Source: Candidatus Latescibacterota bacterium (GTDB taxonomy: Bacteria > Latescibacterota > UBA2968 > GCA-2709665). Taken from it: 64,000 nucleotides of DNA. The notes beneath the pieces are model-generated. The model was not told the origin of the DNA. It saw only the letters and a program-made list of their open reading frames with translations, and ran no database searches. Shown one piece after another: positions 49,942 through 60,688 of this stretch (its first letter is position 1; every line of letters begins with the position of its first letter). Both the position numbers and the translations under genes were made by a program. The stretch lies in assembly GCA_963667175.2 (NCBI GenBank), contig CAXXXF010000012.1, positions 240,257 through 304,256 on the forward strand. The letters run 5' to 3'.

Positions 49942-52900
49942 GTGGTACCCACGGTGAGTCCCAGGAAGAAATCTCGGCGCATAAGAACGGGCAAAGGCGT
50001 ACTGCCCAAACAATCCCAGCCTCCCCGAGAGGTCGAGCAGGACTGGAGCCGGACGGGGGCCCACAACGTTGCCGGCGTGACCTTCCAAGTGGCCGTCACG
50101 GCGGGACTGCTAGTCGGGGCGTGATCTTTTGAGTCGTCGCTGACGAGGGTTGCTCCCGAAGGTTACGAGGACATCGACGTCGAGTTTTCCGACAAAACCC
50201 GTTCGCTCGTCCAGGTGAAGGAGCGGTCTCCAACCGGACGATTTGGGCGTTCGCACTTCTTGGAGGTACTAAGAGGCAAAAAGCATGTGCTCTCGCAGGA
50301 CCCTAATTGCCGGTTTGTTCTGGCCACCAACGCAATCCTGGGCCTGGGCTTGGCACCGACCGGCTGGGACCGATCACTCTCCGACTGCCTCTCCCGAAGT
50401 GACCTTGATACATTGGTTGAACACCTCGCCGGCGATTTCGATGACCCTCACGAAATCCTGTCCCGTTGCCACGTGGTCCAAGTGGATTGGGACGTGGTTG
50501 AGAGAAGTCGCGCCAACCTGGCCGATTTTCGGCGAATTCATCCTTCCGTCGCTGCGTTAGCGTACTCCAAACTACTGGAGCATATCACCGAAGTAACGGT
50601 GCGGCAGCGTTCGTCCGCTCCCGACGCGGCCGAGTGGATCGCCGCCTCCGATCTGGATTCCCTGGTCAGAAGGGTGGCGGAAACCGTTGACATGGACAGC
50701 CTCGACGAGGCGGTCAGGCTGGGGATCATCGAGCCAGTCGATTTCAGCGTGAAGGCCGACCTCACGATGGAGGAATTCCTAGCTGGTGTCGACGTTCTGC
50801 CGGCCCATATCGCTGCCAACTTGGATCTACCCCGTCCCATCGAAGTGGGGGCGCTCACTGAAGGCCTGCGGGAGCGACATTCGGCACTGCTGGTCGGACC
50901 CTCAGGAGCAGGTAAATCGGCGTTGCTCTGGCGGGTCGCTTGTGAACTTGCCGGGCAGGTGCGGCCCTACCGGTTGCGGCGGCTCTCGCTGGAGGACGTG
51001 CCGTCCCTTTCCCGGTGGATACAGCTTCAGGAGCCGTCGGCCAATTGCCCGTTGCTGATTTGCGCTGACAACCTCGGTCGCCGCGACAATGATGGGTGGA
51101 CTGCTCTCGCAACGGAGTTCATCGACACCTCAGGCGTGCTCCTGCTGGGAGCCTGTCGGGAGGAGGATCACCGGCGAGATCTGGAAGTTGGCCGGACTAC
51201 CATCGTCGACCCGAAACTGGATCGGGAACTAGCGGAGTCAATCGCGGCGGCAATGGCCGAAAGGAAAGTTCAGACGACTTTGGACGTATCAGAGGCCTTC
51301 AACGCTTCGGAAGGTCTGCTGATGGAGTTCTTGTCCCTACTGTTGACGGGCCGTCGCCTGAAACAGGTCGTCGAGCAACAGGTAGCGGACCGGCTGAAGG
51401 AAGACAGGGTTGTGGAGCGCGACATCCTGCGCTACGTGGCAACGGCCCACTCCATTGGCATCGGCGTCCGAGCGGAAGATCTGAAGACGCTGCTTCCCGA
51501 CCGGGATCTAATTCCCGCGTTGGCCGTGCTCAACCGGGAACACATACAGGTTGCAAACGACGGAGGGTACTGGCGGGGCTTGCACGAACTCCGCTCTACT
51601 GTCGCTCGAGATTACCTCCACCAGTTCCCGCCGCCGACCATGGCTGCGACAATTCGTAGTCTGGTGGAACATCTTCCAATCGGCGATGCCGCTCGGATCA
51701 TCGAACTCTACGCCCGTTCGGAAATTGATCTGGAACATGCGGCGCGGGCGGTAGCCCACATTCTCGGGTCAGGGCAGGCCAATGCCGAGGATGGGGCGAG
51801 ACTAGTCCATGCCTTGGCGATGGCCGACGACTACCGGCATGCCAGGATGTGTCTGCGTGTGATAGAAGAAAACCGGCCGAGTAGGCTCGACCCTGAAACT
51901 GTTCTGAACCTTGCATATGCGCACCGGTTTGCCGGGGTGAGTTTCGACACCCTCAAAGATAACAATCCCGGTTTCAGGCGTCTGGTGCAGGTGGCAGACC
52001 TGTTGCCCGAGCGTCCGCCATCGCTGCGGGAGATTGGCCTCCAAGGCCTGTCTTCGGACGAAGTTGTTCAGATCGCGTTTCGAGGGACACCGGACCAAGC
52101 GGTCGCGTGGTTTGAGGCTCTTGAAGGAACCGGGGTGGCCAAAGCGATCAGCAGTCATGACATGGCGACGCATTTCAGCGATACCCCACTCGCCGTCCTT
52201 GCTTCCCTTTCGGCCACGTTCAGGGCGCTGTCCGGTGACAAGGGTGCCGCGCCCGACCACGATGTCTTCGGCGATTTTGACCATCGTATGGGCCGACTGG
52301 CAGCCGAACTGTCCGATTGTGTGGGGGTGTCGTCGCAGGACGGATCCGACGGTCGGGTGGTGACTGTGACCCTTCTGCCGCCGGGCGATGATACGACGCT
52401 CAATGACCGGAGCGTCGACACCTGTAGGCTGATTTTCGATCTGCTGCCGGAAGCGGAGATCGCCGAAACCATCGTCATTACTCCGGACGGTGACCGTCTT
52501 GCGGTGGAAAACTACGAAGAAGGGCACAAGAGGATTCCACGGGAAAACCTGCCTCGTCTACGACAGGTGGAGGACAACTCGAATTCCCTTCGTGCGGGAA
52601 GGTTATTGCTGTCTTCCCGTTATTGGACCGAGCCAATAAGGTTACTTGCCGGCGCTGCTGGCCAACTCCTGCACCTGAGGAACGATGCGGCGTCTTGGCT
52701 CATCAATCCGCACCACAACAGGCGGAAGCGATTGGATTCGGCTAAACAGCTCGAATCCTTGATGGTCGAGCTCGCCGCTGGACCCAGATCTCCGGTTGTC
52801 GACGAGGACGCCGGAGAGCGGAACAACGCGATGGGGGCCATGAGCAACGCCGTTTCCGTGATTCGCGACATTGCGGCTGCGGAACGTCCAGACGCTCGCG

Positions 52901-53849
52901 ACAGCCGGAGTCTAGGCGTCCGGTGCAGAGACGTCGTCGCTCGTTTGGTGGAGGTTCGCCAGGGCAATCTTCCCAGTCTTTCGACTGTGGGCGATCCGGT
53001 GCCGGATGCTCTAGTTGAAATGTTCTCGCTGCTAGCGGAGATTCTTATCGCCCGCGCGGAGCAGCGGCCAATGCCGTCAGATGTTTCGCGCAGGGCTCGT
53101 TCGGAGTCCTGGGTGGACGTCGCTCGCCGCTTGGTAGCCGCGGTTGCGGCTTCCGGATACCGAGCCGAGCAGGAAGCCTTGGAAGAGGCTTTGGGAACGG
53201 GCCTTTCGGCCTGCGAAATCTCTCGGATCGACTACCGAGACATGAAATGCGGGCGGCTCCTTACGGACTGGTGGGTAGTGTTGGTTTCACTTGAAGGTGA
53301 CCTGCCTGACTTGTCGGCGTGGTTGGATCGACTTGACCCAGCAATGGCCCAGCAACTTGCTTTCCGAACATTGGTCGTCTTCAGGGAGACCGGCGGTAAC
53401 ATCCTGCCGGATTACGCGGTGAAACTCGGTTTGTCCACATGGCGGCCGGCCAACGTTGACGACCTGCTGGAGGTTGCCTCGCGGTTGGGTATCGAGGTCG
53501 TCAATGCGGCCCACCTCCAGGCTTGGGACGCCTTCGTAAACGAACTCGTGGGAGCTTCACGTGCAGCTTCATTGTTCAGGCTGCGTCAACGAGCGGGTTT
53601 GGTTGGGGACAAGAAAGCCTTCGAAAGTCGTCTTGCTTCGGCACGCTCAGCGGCGGAGGCTTGTCATCCGTCCCTGCAGGACGGGGCCTCCCGTCTGCTC
53701 AGCCGCGTAGAGAACGAGTCTTGTGGCCAAGCCAGAGTTTTGCAGGAGAGGTTTACCGTGTAGCAACGCACGTCGAGCAAGGCACTGACGTAGCCGCGCT
53801 CGCAGTGTATCGGGCCCACACACTGTCGTTAGACCTTGAAGCGGGGTGA
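49942..53849 (+). pseudogene. Large PD-(D/E)xK nuclease + P-loop NTPase protein (Avs/STAND-like) with in-frame TGA at 50122 and probable frameshift near 53725
   Basis: SRTGAHNVAGVTFQ...GA*SFE...PEGYEDIDV......VQVKE read in one frame; GPSGAGKS Walker A, ICADN Walker B-like; long helical C-terminus. Confidence 0.72.
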
Positions 53850-54098
53850 TCCCGTGTACGCGGTCGGCGAACATGCACCACCGCTGTGACACCTCGGGAT
53901 TCAAACTATTGGCGCTACATTGCGGTGCTGAGATCGTGGGCGAACGGTGCCCAACGGTTAGCATTGCGACGATTATCTCCATGCCTGGATGAAACCACAC
54001 ACTTCGCCGACGGGGCGACGGACCACTGCAATACTGAAATAGCTTGTGGCATTCGGGCGGCGGAGCGTCGCTGACTGCAAAAACCTGAACGGGAGACG

Positions 54099-55109
54099 CT
54101 ACCCCCCCACTAGGCTGCGGATCTCCTCAGAGCAGCTCTCCCAATCTTTGGCGCTGTCCAAGTCCAATTCGCGTTCGTGGACGATATCGGCTCGGCGGTC
54201 GTTCGTGAACAATCGCCCGCGGCGTCGTCCTAGGTTGACTTCGAGGCTAACTGTGTTGGCGTCTTTTGACCAAACCAGCTCGACATCGCCGGTCGGGGTG
54301 AGGGTTACGAGCGGTAGAAAAGCGTCTGAAGGGAAAAACGTCGGAAATGTCATGGCGAGCCAATCTAATCCTGTTTGATCAGGGGCGACGCCGCTACCCA
54401 TGAGCCAGCCGTCCTGAAGAGTTCGGAATTCATCAATGCGGGCGATGAAATCGACGGCAGGGCGGGCCGTGGCGACGAACCGCCTGGCGACGGCGATCAA
54501 ATTGGTGACCATCGTGTTGTCGAAGTCGGTCACTCTGAACCCGTGTGCTATCGCATTGCGGTAGTCGATCAATTCACGTAGCCGTTCATATTCCTCGTAT
54601 TGGATCGCGTCGTGAAAAGCCGCTTGGTTAAGGACGTAAGCGGCTGATGTGATGCCATCTATGGTCACACCTCTGGCGGCGAGCAGCACCCTGGCGGCCG
54701 CTTCGGTTGCGGACCATGCCCACAGGAAAGCGGGTTCCGGGAATCCCGCTTCCAACGCTCGTTCTGCGTCGTCGATTCGCTGCGAAACGTCGTCTTCCTC
54801 GAAAGCGATTGTTCCAGGTGGTGGCGACAGTCGTTCAGGTTCGCTAATCAGCAAAAGCTCAAAACTCCAGTCCGGTTGGTCATTGACCAGTTGGCCAATT
54901 TCGGCAATGTTGTCGGTCGCGTTCATCGTCGTACGAGTCATAACCTCGATGACTTTTGAGTGCCCGTCTTTGCGAACCACTAGGTCGGCCCGGTAACCGG
55001 GCAGAAAATCTAAGTCTTCTCCACGGGATACCTCATAGCCTTCGCTACGGTATTGGTTGGCCTTCATGTCAGCCATGCGCTTTTCTGCAATTAGGGTGTC
55101 GTGCAGCAT
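54099..55109 (-). CDS. Three-domain protein: REase/AHJR-like fold + HEPN + unknown C-terminal domain
   Basis: Y..EGYEV....FL..YRADLVVRK....VIEV; AW.A.EA..R...YRNAIAHG (RxxxxH); C-terminal L.DGW..G.AP...TPTG.V.L.W. Confidence 0.72.
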   Translation of the reverse strand: MLHDTLIAEKRMADMKANQYRSEGYEVSRGEDLDFLPGYRADLVVRKDGHSKVIEVMTRTTMNATDNIAEIGQLVNDQPDWSFELLLISEPERLSPPPGTIAFEEDDVSQRIDDAERALEAGFPEPAFLWAWSATEAAARVLLAARGVTIDGITSAAYVLNQAAFHDAIQYEEYERLRELIDYRNAIAHGFRVTDFDNTMVTNLIAVARRFVATARPAVDFIARIDEFRTLQDGWLMGSGVAPDQTGLDWLAMTFPTFFPSDAFLPLVTLTPTGDVELVWSKDANTVSLEVNLGRRRGRLFTNDRRADIVHERELDLDSAKDWESCSEEIRSLVGG

Positions 55110-55579
55110 CAGGGCACCTCTAGGTAGGGAGCTGGTGTAAAAACGATATGGATGAAGGGATCATTTAGCGCCAAAGAACTCACCAGGACCTGCGACAGGT
55201 TTGTCACTTGGAGATTATGGTCCAGATCACGCTTGCGGCAAACTAGGTCGGTGACCTGACCGTCGTCATGAACAATCATCGTTTTCAGGGCGTCTAGGAT
55301 CCTTTTTGGGACGTTATCGACATCGAATGGGGCGCTACTCCGATTGAAAAAACAGGTGATGGTCACCATGACGTTTTGACTGACTGGTTGGCGGTTGTTC
55401 CAGTGCCGCTGGGCCGATTGCCGAACGAGTCTACACCAACGTCTACGTGATCTTGGGTTGTTGTTGTTCAGCGACAACGGTGCACCCTGGATGGTGAATT
55501 CGAACGGAAGGTCGGTGTTGGCGTTTGGCGGCATGGTTCTAGGTTTCCAGAATTTGGGTTGATCGTCCAGCGTTGCCAA
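55109..55579 (-). CDS. RusA-family Holliday junction resolvase-like nuclease
   Basis: FEF.I.G.P.S, DVDNVPKRILDAL, DDGQV; TGATG coupling to the downstream gene. Confidence 0.82.
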   Translation of the reverse strand: MATLDDQPKFWKPRTMPPNANTDLPFEFTIQGAPLSLNNNNPRSRRRWCRLVRQSAQRHWNNRQPVSQNVMVTITCFFNRSSAPFDVDNVPKRILDALKTMIVHDDGQVTDLVCRKRDLDHNLQVTNLSQVLVSSLALNDPFIHIVFTPAPYLEVP

Positions 55580-55739
55580 GCATCGTCCAGGCGATTTCGT
55601 CCCGTCTCAACTGATCTGCAACGTCCTCCAGTGCTCCGAATTCAGCGGCGTCTCTTGGTCCATGTACCGGACCATCACTGGTGATTTGCAAGCATGGCAG
55701 GAGGTGGACTGGGTGCCCAAGACGTTTTCCTGCTCCATA

Positions 55740-56090
55740 CTACCAGCGGTAAAGGCCGCAGCGGTAACACGGCTCTTCCACCAAGTTGGACCAGCCGTCC
55801 GCGGTATAGGCGAACAGGAAAGCGCCGCAGTGGATGCACGGTCCGTCCGCCACCGGCGGCAGCGGAATGTCGGCTTCGTACAAGGCATCGAGAAACAGTT
55901 CGTGGATCTCGGCCGGTGCCAAGTCAGCGGTCAGACAACCGTCGATTGCCACCGTCAGGTGTTGTCGTGCAATTTCAATGGGCGGACCCGAAAGCCCGCC
56001 CGATTCGGTGATACCATACTCCATGGCCGGAACCTCCCGATAGGTTTCGTCCAGTCGGCGTCGTGTAAGCAGCGCGGCGCCGACATTCAT
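55740..56090 (-). CDS. Hypothetical protein with CxxC pairs
   Basis: Open frame with CIHCG and CYRCG; no family recognised. Confidence 0.4.
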   Translation of the reverse strand: MNVGAALLTRRRLDETYREVPAMEYGITESGGLSGPPIEIARQHLTVAIDGCLTADLAPAEIHELFLDALYEADIPLPPVADGPCIHCGAFLFAYTADGWSNLVEEPCYRCGLYRW

Positions 56091-56143
56091 CGTGGTTAAC
56101 TATGCAGAAAATTGCGAAACTAGGGTCTGTTAACAAATAAAAA

Positions 56144-56167
56144 CGCGCTGTCCGATTGGACAGCGCG
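56144..56167. repeat. Perfect hairpin upstream of tnpB
   Basis: CGCGCTGTCC-GATT-GGACAGCGCG. Confidence 0.7.
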
Positions 56168-56203
56168 AACAAAAGATTTCTCCAACCAGTTTATCATCAA
56201 ATC

Positions 56204-57738
56204 ATGACTATTCGCACTCTCAAATTCGCACTCCGCCACGACCCGGACAACAGCGGGCCATCGGGTATCACGCCACTCAGCAGAACGCCGCGTACAACAT
56301 CGCCGTTGACGTTCTCAACCGAGAGCCAGAACTGCCCAAGCGCAGCGGCAGGAACCACCCCGACGCCCTGAACAAGCGCATCACCGCCTGGCGGCAGGCC
56401 AACCGGCAGAAGCCCAACGCTCCATACTACATTCACCAGCAGGGTGCCGAGGAAGCGTGGGAAGCCAATCAACGGATGCGCGATGCGCGCGAGGAACGCT
56501 TGGAGCGGATCTCACAAGCCATCGCCGACGGAGAGGAACCCAAACACCGCGACGTGCGTCCCCACCGGCGCACTTTGCGCCATCGTTCACGCAAACGCCG
56601 GCCACTCAGCCTGACCATCACGGACCGCAGGCTCTTCGAGGTCAGCGACGACTACCAGACCCTCACCAGCCGCCAATGTGGCTTCTCGGTCAGGCTGCGC
56701 GGCAATCAGGACTTGAGATTTCTGGACATCCGCTCCATAAGGCTCGTGCCGGTCAAGGACTACCGACCAAGTACCCCTCTGCACCATCAGCATTACTGCC
56801 TGCATGGGCAGGTCGCCGTGCCGGAGCCCATGCCTTTGGAAGAACTGGACATCCAAGCCCCAGAGGACATACTCGGCGCGGACCGGGGCCGAAAGAACCA
56901 CGTAGCCGTCAGCTCGGGACACCGTGCCCACCATCCGGGAGCCCGGAAGCAGGGCAAGCGGCGACGCAAGCACCAAAGCCACATCGCCGGCAAGCCCCGT
57001 AACAGCAAACGACGACAGCACGCCGTTGCTCAGCATCGGGAGCACGCCCGTCGCTACGCCCAGCACCGCGACCAAGAGATGTGCCGGCAGATCCGGGAGA
57101 TACTGCTGGAAGCCCAGCCCAAGATGGTCGCCGTTGAGAGCCTGCACCCCATCAGCATGATGGCTTCCGCCAGAGGCACCATCGCCGCGCCGGGCAAGAA
57201 CGTCAAGGCCAAACGAAAACTGAACGAGAGCCTCGCCGAAGCCGCCATCGGCCGCGTTGGCAAGCTACTACGCGAGGAAGCCGCCAAACTCGGCATTCCC
57301 ACCGTCTCCGTCCCGCCGCACGGGACGTCCCAGACCTGCCCGCGCTGCGGAGACCGGCACCCGAGCAACCGCGAGAGCCAAGCGGTGTTCCGGTGCCGGC
57401 ATTGCGGTTTCTACGCCCACGCCGACTGGACTGCCGCCGTCATCATCCGCAATCGGACTTACGTCCGGCACTGTGAATGGCAGCACGGTCATACACCGGA
57501 CGTACTGACCGCACCCACCGGGTGGCAACAGCAGCCATCCGGCTCCGGACCCGCGCAACCATCGCTGGGCCTGGGGCTAAGCGTGTTCAAGCCGGAAGGC
57601 ACCGCGACGATCCGCTCCGGCGGAAGGGTCCGTGGCCCAAGGCCGGACCGTCGTATTCAAGCGGCGGTCCCAGACGCCAAAAGTGTTTCAAATAGTGTTA
57701 GCTCGGTAAAACACTCTCGGACACTTCCGACGAAGTAG
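56204..57738 (+). CDS. tnpB: TnpB RNA-guided endonuclease (IS200/IS605 type) with a frameshift near 56250
   Basis: MTIRTLKFAL../..QQNAAYN; RuvC-I LGADRG, RuvC-II VAVESL, GKNVKAKRKLN, TSQTCPRC..FRCRHCG Zn finger, RuvC-III HADWTAA. Confidence 0.85.
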
Positions 57739-57790
57739 CCGGGACCCCGATTTCCTGGTATCGTGCTCAATTGATCAACACGCTGTAGGT
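57560..57790 (+). ncRNA. Putative TnpB omega-RNA / right end (boundaries approximate)
   Basis: Overlaps the tnpB 3' end; subterminal hairpin CCGGGA..TCCTGG (57739-57758), then TCAA (57767-57770), the usual IS605 right-end motif. Confidence 0.45.
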
Positions 57791-57900
57791 TCGCGTTCTT
57801 GTGAACAACAACAATGGCCGTTGAGCGGCCGGAATGTGTTGCTGTCTTCCCTTTCGGGTACCGGAAAATTGCGGAACTAAATCCGCGTTTGCGTAAACAG

Positions 57901-59262
57901 CAACACATGAGTCATCCCGAATTTGGGTTGAGGTGAGGGAAGGACGGTGGGTGGGTTAGCCAGAGGGTACTGAGTGGGGAGCGAAGCCTGGGGAGCGGTA
58001 ATTTGGCTTGTCGGTACCGCTCCCCGGTTCGGTGGCACCAGTTTCTGATCAGGCTTTGGACGAGAGGTTGCGGCTTGGCGTGAGCAGGTGGAGGAGGAAG
58101 GCATAGACCAGGGAGGCCATGAGCAGGAGTTTGAGACGGTTTTCCCAGAACCAGAGGCGGGGGCTTTCCATGGCCAGGTCGGTCTTGCAAGCTCGGTAGC
58201 ACAGCTCTACCTGCCAGCGGCGAGCGTAGGCCATGACCACCCGCCAGGCGTCGTCAACGGAAGCAATGGGCTGGTTGGTCAGCAGGTACCGGGTGTTCGT
58301 CCCGTACCGGGTCTGGAGACCACCAGCCATAGGGGTGATCCAACTGGGGGTGGTGTACTGGCACGGTCAGGATGCCGGTTTTGCGGTACTGTCGACGGTT
58401 GTAGTCCCAGATCATGCGGTGGTCCTGGGAGCGTTTGCCTCGGAAGATCTGCCTTGGGAAACTCTCCTGGCCCAAGGCATCCACCAGGCGATGGCGGGTA
58501 GGTCAGCGCATAATGAAGCGGAGTTGACGTTGGGTCAGTTCCTCCAGCCAGGGAGCGCCAGCGTAGCCCCGATCAAAAAGGTGGATCACCCGTTGCTGCC
58601 AACGCTGGGCGCATCGGGCCAGCAGTGTGGCGGCCTGCGCTCGCCGGTGGCTGGCCAGGGGGCCTCGGCTGGTCCACCAACCCATGGCAGCCAGGGTGGG
58701 CGCGCCCGCCATCCCAGCCACTATCACCGTGAGCCACTGCATCCCCGGCACGAATACGGGCGGTCCTCCCGGAGGGTTGTAGTAGCCCGGCTTGATCCGC
58801 TTGAGACGGGCCGCCTTGCTGGAGCGCACCGGACACAACCCCTCCAGGGCGATGCTCTCCGGCTTCTCCAGGACACTCTCATCAGGACACTCTCATCCCA
58901 GATGGCCAACGCCCCTTCCCCAGCGGCGGCCAACTCCGTAAGCCGCCGGTCGGCATCATCCCAAAGAAACTCTTCCAGGAGAGTATGGGACCAAGAGTAT
59001 GGGACCACTTGGATGAGCGCAGCAGATTGCTGAGACGCTTGGTCCCCGCCGGCGCACGGTCGGGACTAATGATGTGCGCGCCCAACTCGCTCAAGAGCAA
59101 CCCGTAACGATTGTGGCGCATCCGCACCATGGACACCAAGGTCAGCAGAAAGGTGCGCACCAATCGCCGATCCAGTCGGCCGTGTCAATGACGGGTTAGA
59201 AATGAGCCGAATTAACGGTTTAATGAAGCCACCCGGATAGTGCTCAGCGATTCTGTCAGTTG
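57901..59262 (-). mobile_element. IS4/Tn5-like DDE transposase element, pseudogenised
   Basis: GLLLSELG..APAGTKRLSNLLRS.KW, IWDESV, HLFDRGYAG, LLTN.PI....AW.VV.AYARRWQVE...R..K; ends CAACACATGAGTCATCCCGAA and GATTCTGTCAGTTG. Confidence 0.8.
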
Positions 59263-59490
59263 GTGCGGTTGTCCCCGGCCCCGGCACCCGCGCCAACCAC
59301 TCAGCCGCTCAGTCCGTGACGGCAGAGTCGCCTCTGAAGAACCGCACGCCCAACACGGCTAGAACGCGCGTCAGAAGGCCGTTGCCACCGAACGGGGCCG
59401 AAAGTAAACTGAAGCGGAAGCCAAGCCGGCAACGTGAGCCCAAGAAATCCGGGACGGATTGCTATCCAATTCCAAAGGGCTCCATACGAC

Positions 59491-59841
59491 ATGACCACCA
59501 AGCCCCCAGAGACTAGCCAAACCACCCAAGCAAACTGCTGGTGCGGAGCCATAGTCGAGGCTACCACCAGGCCATGCCCCTGCGGAGGCGGCATCACGGT
59601 CACGGAACACGAAGACTGCGGAATGGTGATCAGCGGAGCCCACGCCCAAGACTGCACCCATGTGGCCGACAACATCGACACCTGCGCGACCTGCGGGCAA
59701 GACACCGAGCACTGCGGCAGCAACAGCATCTTCAGCAAACGGCAGGACTCCTGCAGACACCGCCTACAGACACCGGAACGAAATACCCAACCCAACCACC
59801 GACAGGAGACGAACGACCGATGCTCCCCATGCAGGGACTGA
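59491..59841 (+). CDS. Small Cys/His-rich (zinc-binding-like) hypothetical protein
   Basis: CWCG, CPCG, HEDC, HAQDC.H, CATC...HC. Confidence 0.5.
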   Translation: MTTKPPETSQTTQANCWCGAIVEATTRPCPCGGGITVTEHEDCGMVISGAHAQDCTHVADNIDTCATCGQDTEHCGSNSIFSKRQDSCRHRLQTPERNTQPNHRQETNDRCSPCRD

Positions 59842-60364
59842 CCGCCCAAGGACTGCCCCACAACATCCCGCCGGAAGCCAGCGCCGACTACAGTCACACC
59901 GGCTGGGAAGGCGGATCGAGCGCAACCACTCCGAGGTGTGCACCTACAGCGCCGGCGACGACGTCAAACTCGTCATCAGGCTCAACGAGGTCCCATACGA
60001 GGAACCCGACGAGGACCTGCCCGAGGAAGACCCCAACCGCTGGGCCACGGACAAACGCTACTCCACCTGGCGGGGCGAATGCCGCCTCTACGGAGACCCC
60101 CGGGAGGAACAAACCAGCGAACTGTTCCAAATGGCCCAGTCAGCGCGGACCGACCCAGACGACCGCAGCAGAGAGGCCAACGTGGCGTTCGTGTACGCCG
60201 AGAATGCCATCGACTCCGCCGACGAGGTGATCCTGGAACTGCTGACCAAGACGCCCCAAGCCTGGTTCCACGCCGCCCTCACCCACCGGGGAGCCGCCTG
60301 GCAGGGCTGGACCCGAAGCTACCAACGGGTGGCGGGCAAAGTCGAAGCACCCATCTGGATCTAA
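59820..60364 (+). CDS. Acidic hypothetical protein, probable frameshift near 59910
   Basis: AGGAGA RBS and ATG 59820 (MLPMQGL...) joins the frame ending ...APIWI*. Confidence 0.5.
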
Positions 60365-60418
60365 CCCACCTTGGCGACCAACGCCAACCGGACCACCACC
60401 CCAGCACCGGAGAGCAAC

Positions 60419-60661
60419 ATGACCACAAGCGCGACCACCTACGTCTGGCACACCAACTTCGGACCGTCGTACCGCTGCAAAGACCAATACGGGAACGAAA
60501 TCATGCAGGTCCACCTGGACCTGAGCACGCCACGCTGGCGGGTGAGCTACCCATCCGGAGAGAGCAACCTACACAGCGGCATCGAAGGAGCACGCCGCGA
60601 GGCAGAGCGCCACATGGCCTCACTCGGCGACAACCGATCGCTCACGTTCATGAGAGCCTGA
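60419..60661 (+). CDS. Small hypothetical protein (80 aa)
   Basis: GGAGAG RBS, MTTSATTYVW...; same C/A-rich codon style as its neighbours. Confidence 0.6.
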   Translation: MTTSATTYVWHTNFGPSYRCKDQYGNEIMQVHLDLSTPRWRVSYPSGESNLHSGIEGARREAERHMASLGDNRSLTFMRA

Positions 60662-60688
60662 CCAGCGGAACAGACCGCTCACACGAGC

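Noticed and set aside
50122-50124. TGA as selenocysteine or an alternative genetic code
   Set aside because: Not a Cys-type position, and TGA is a normal stop in many neighbouring genes.
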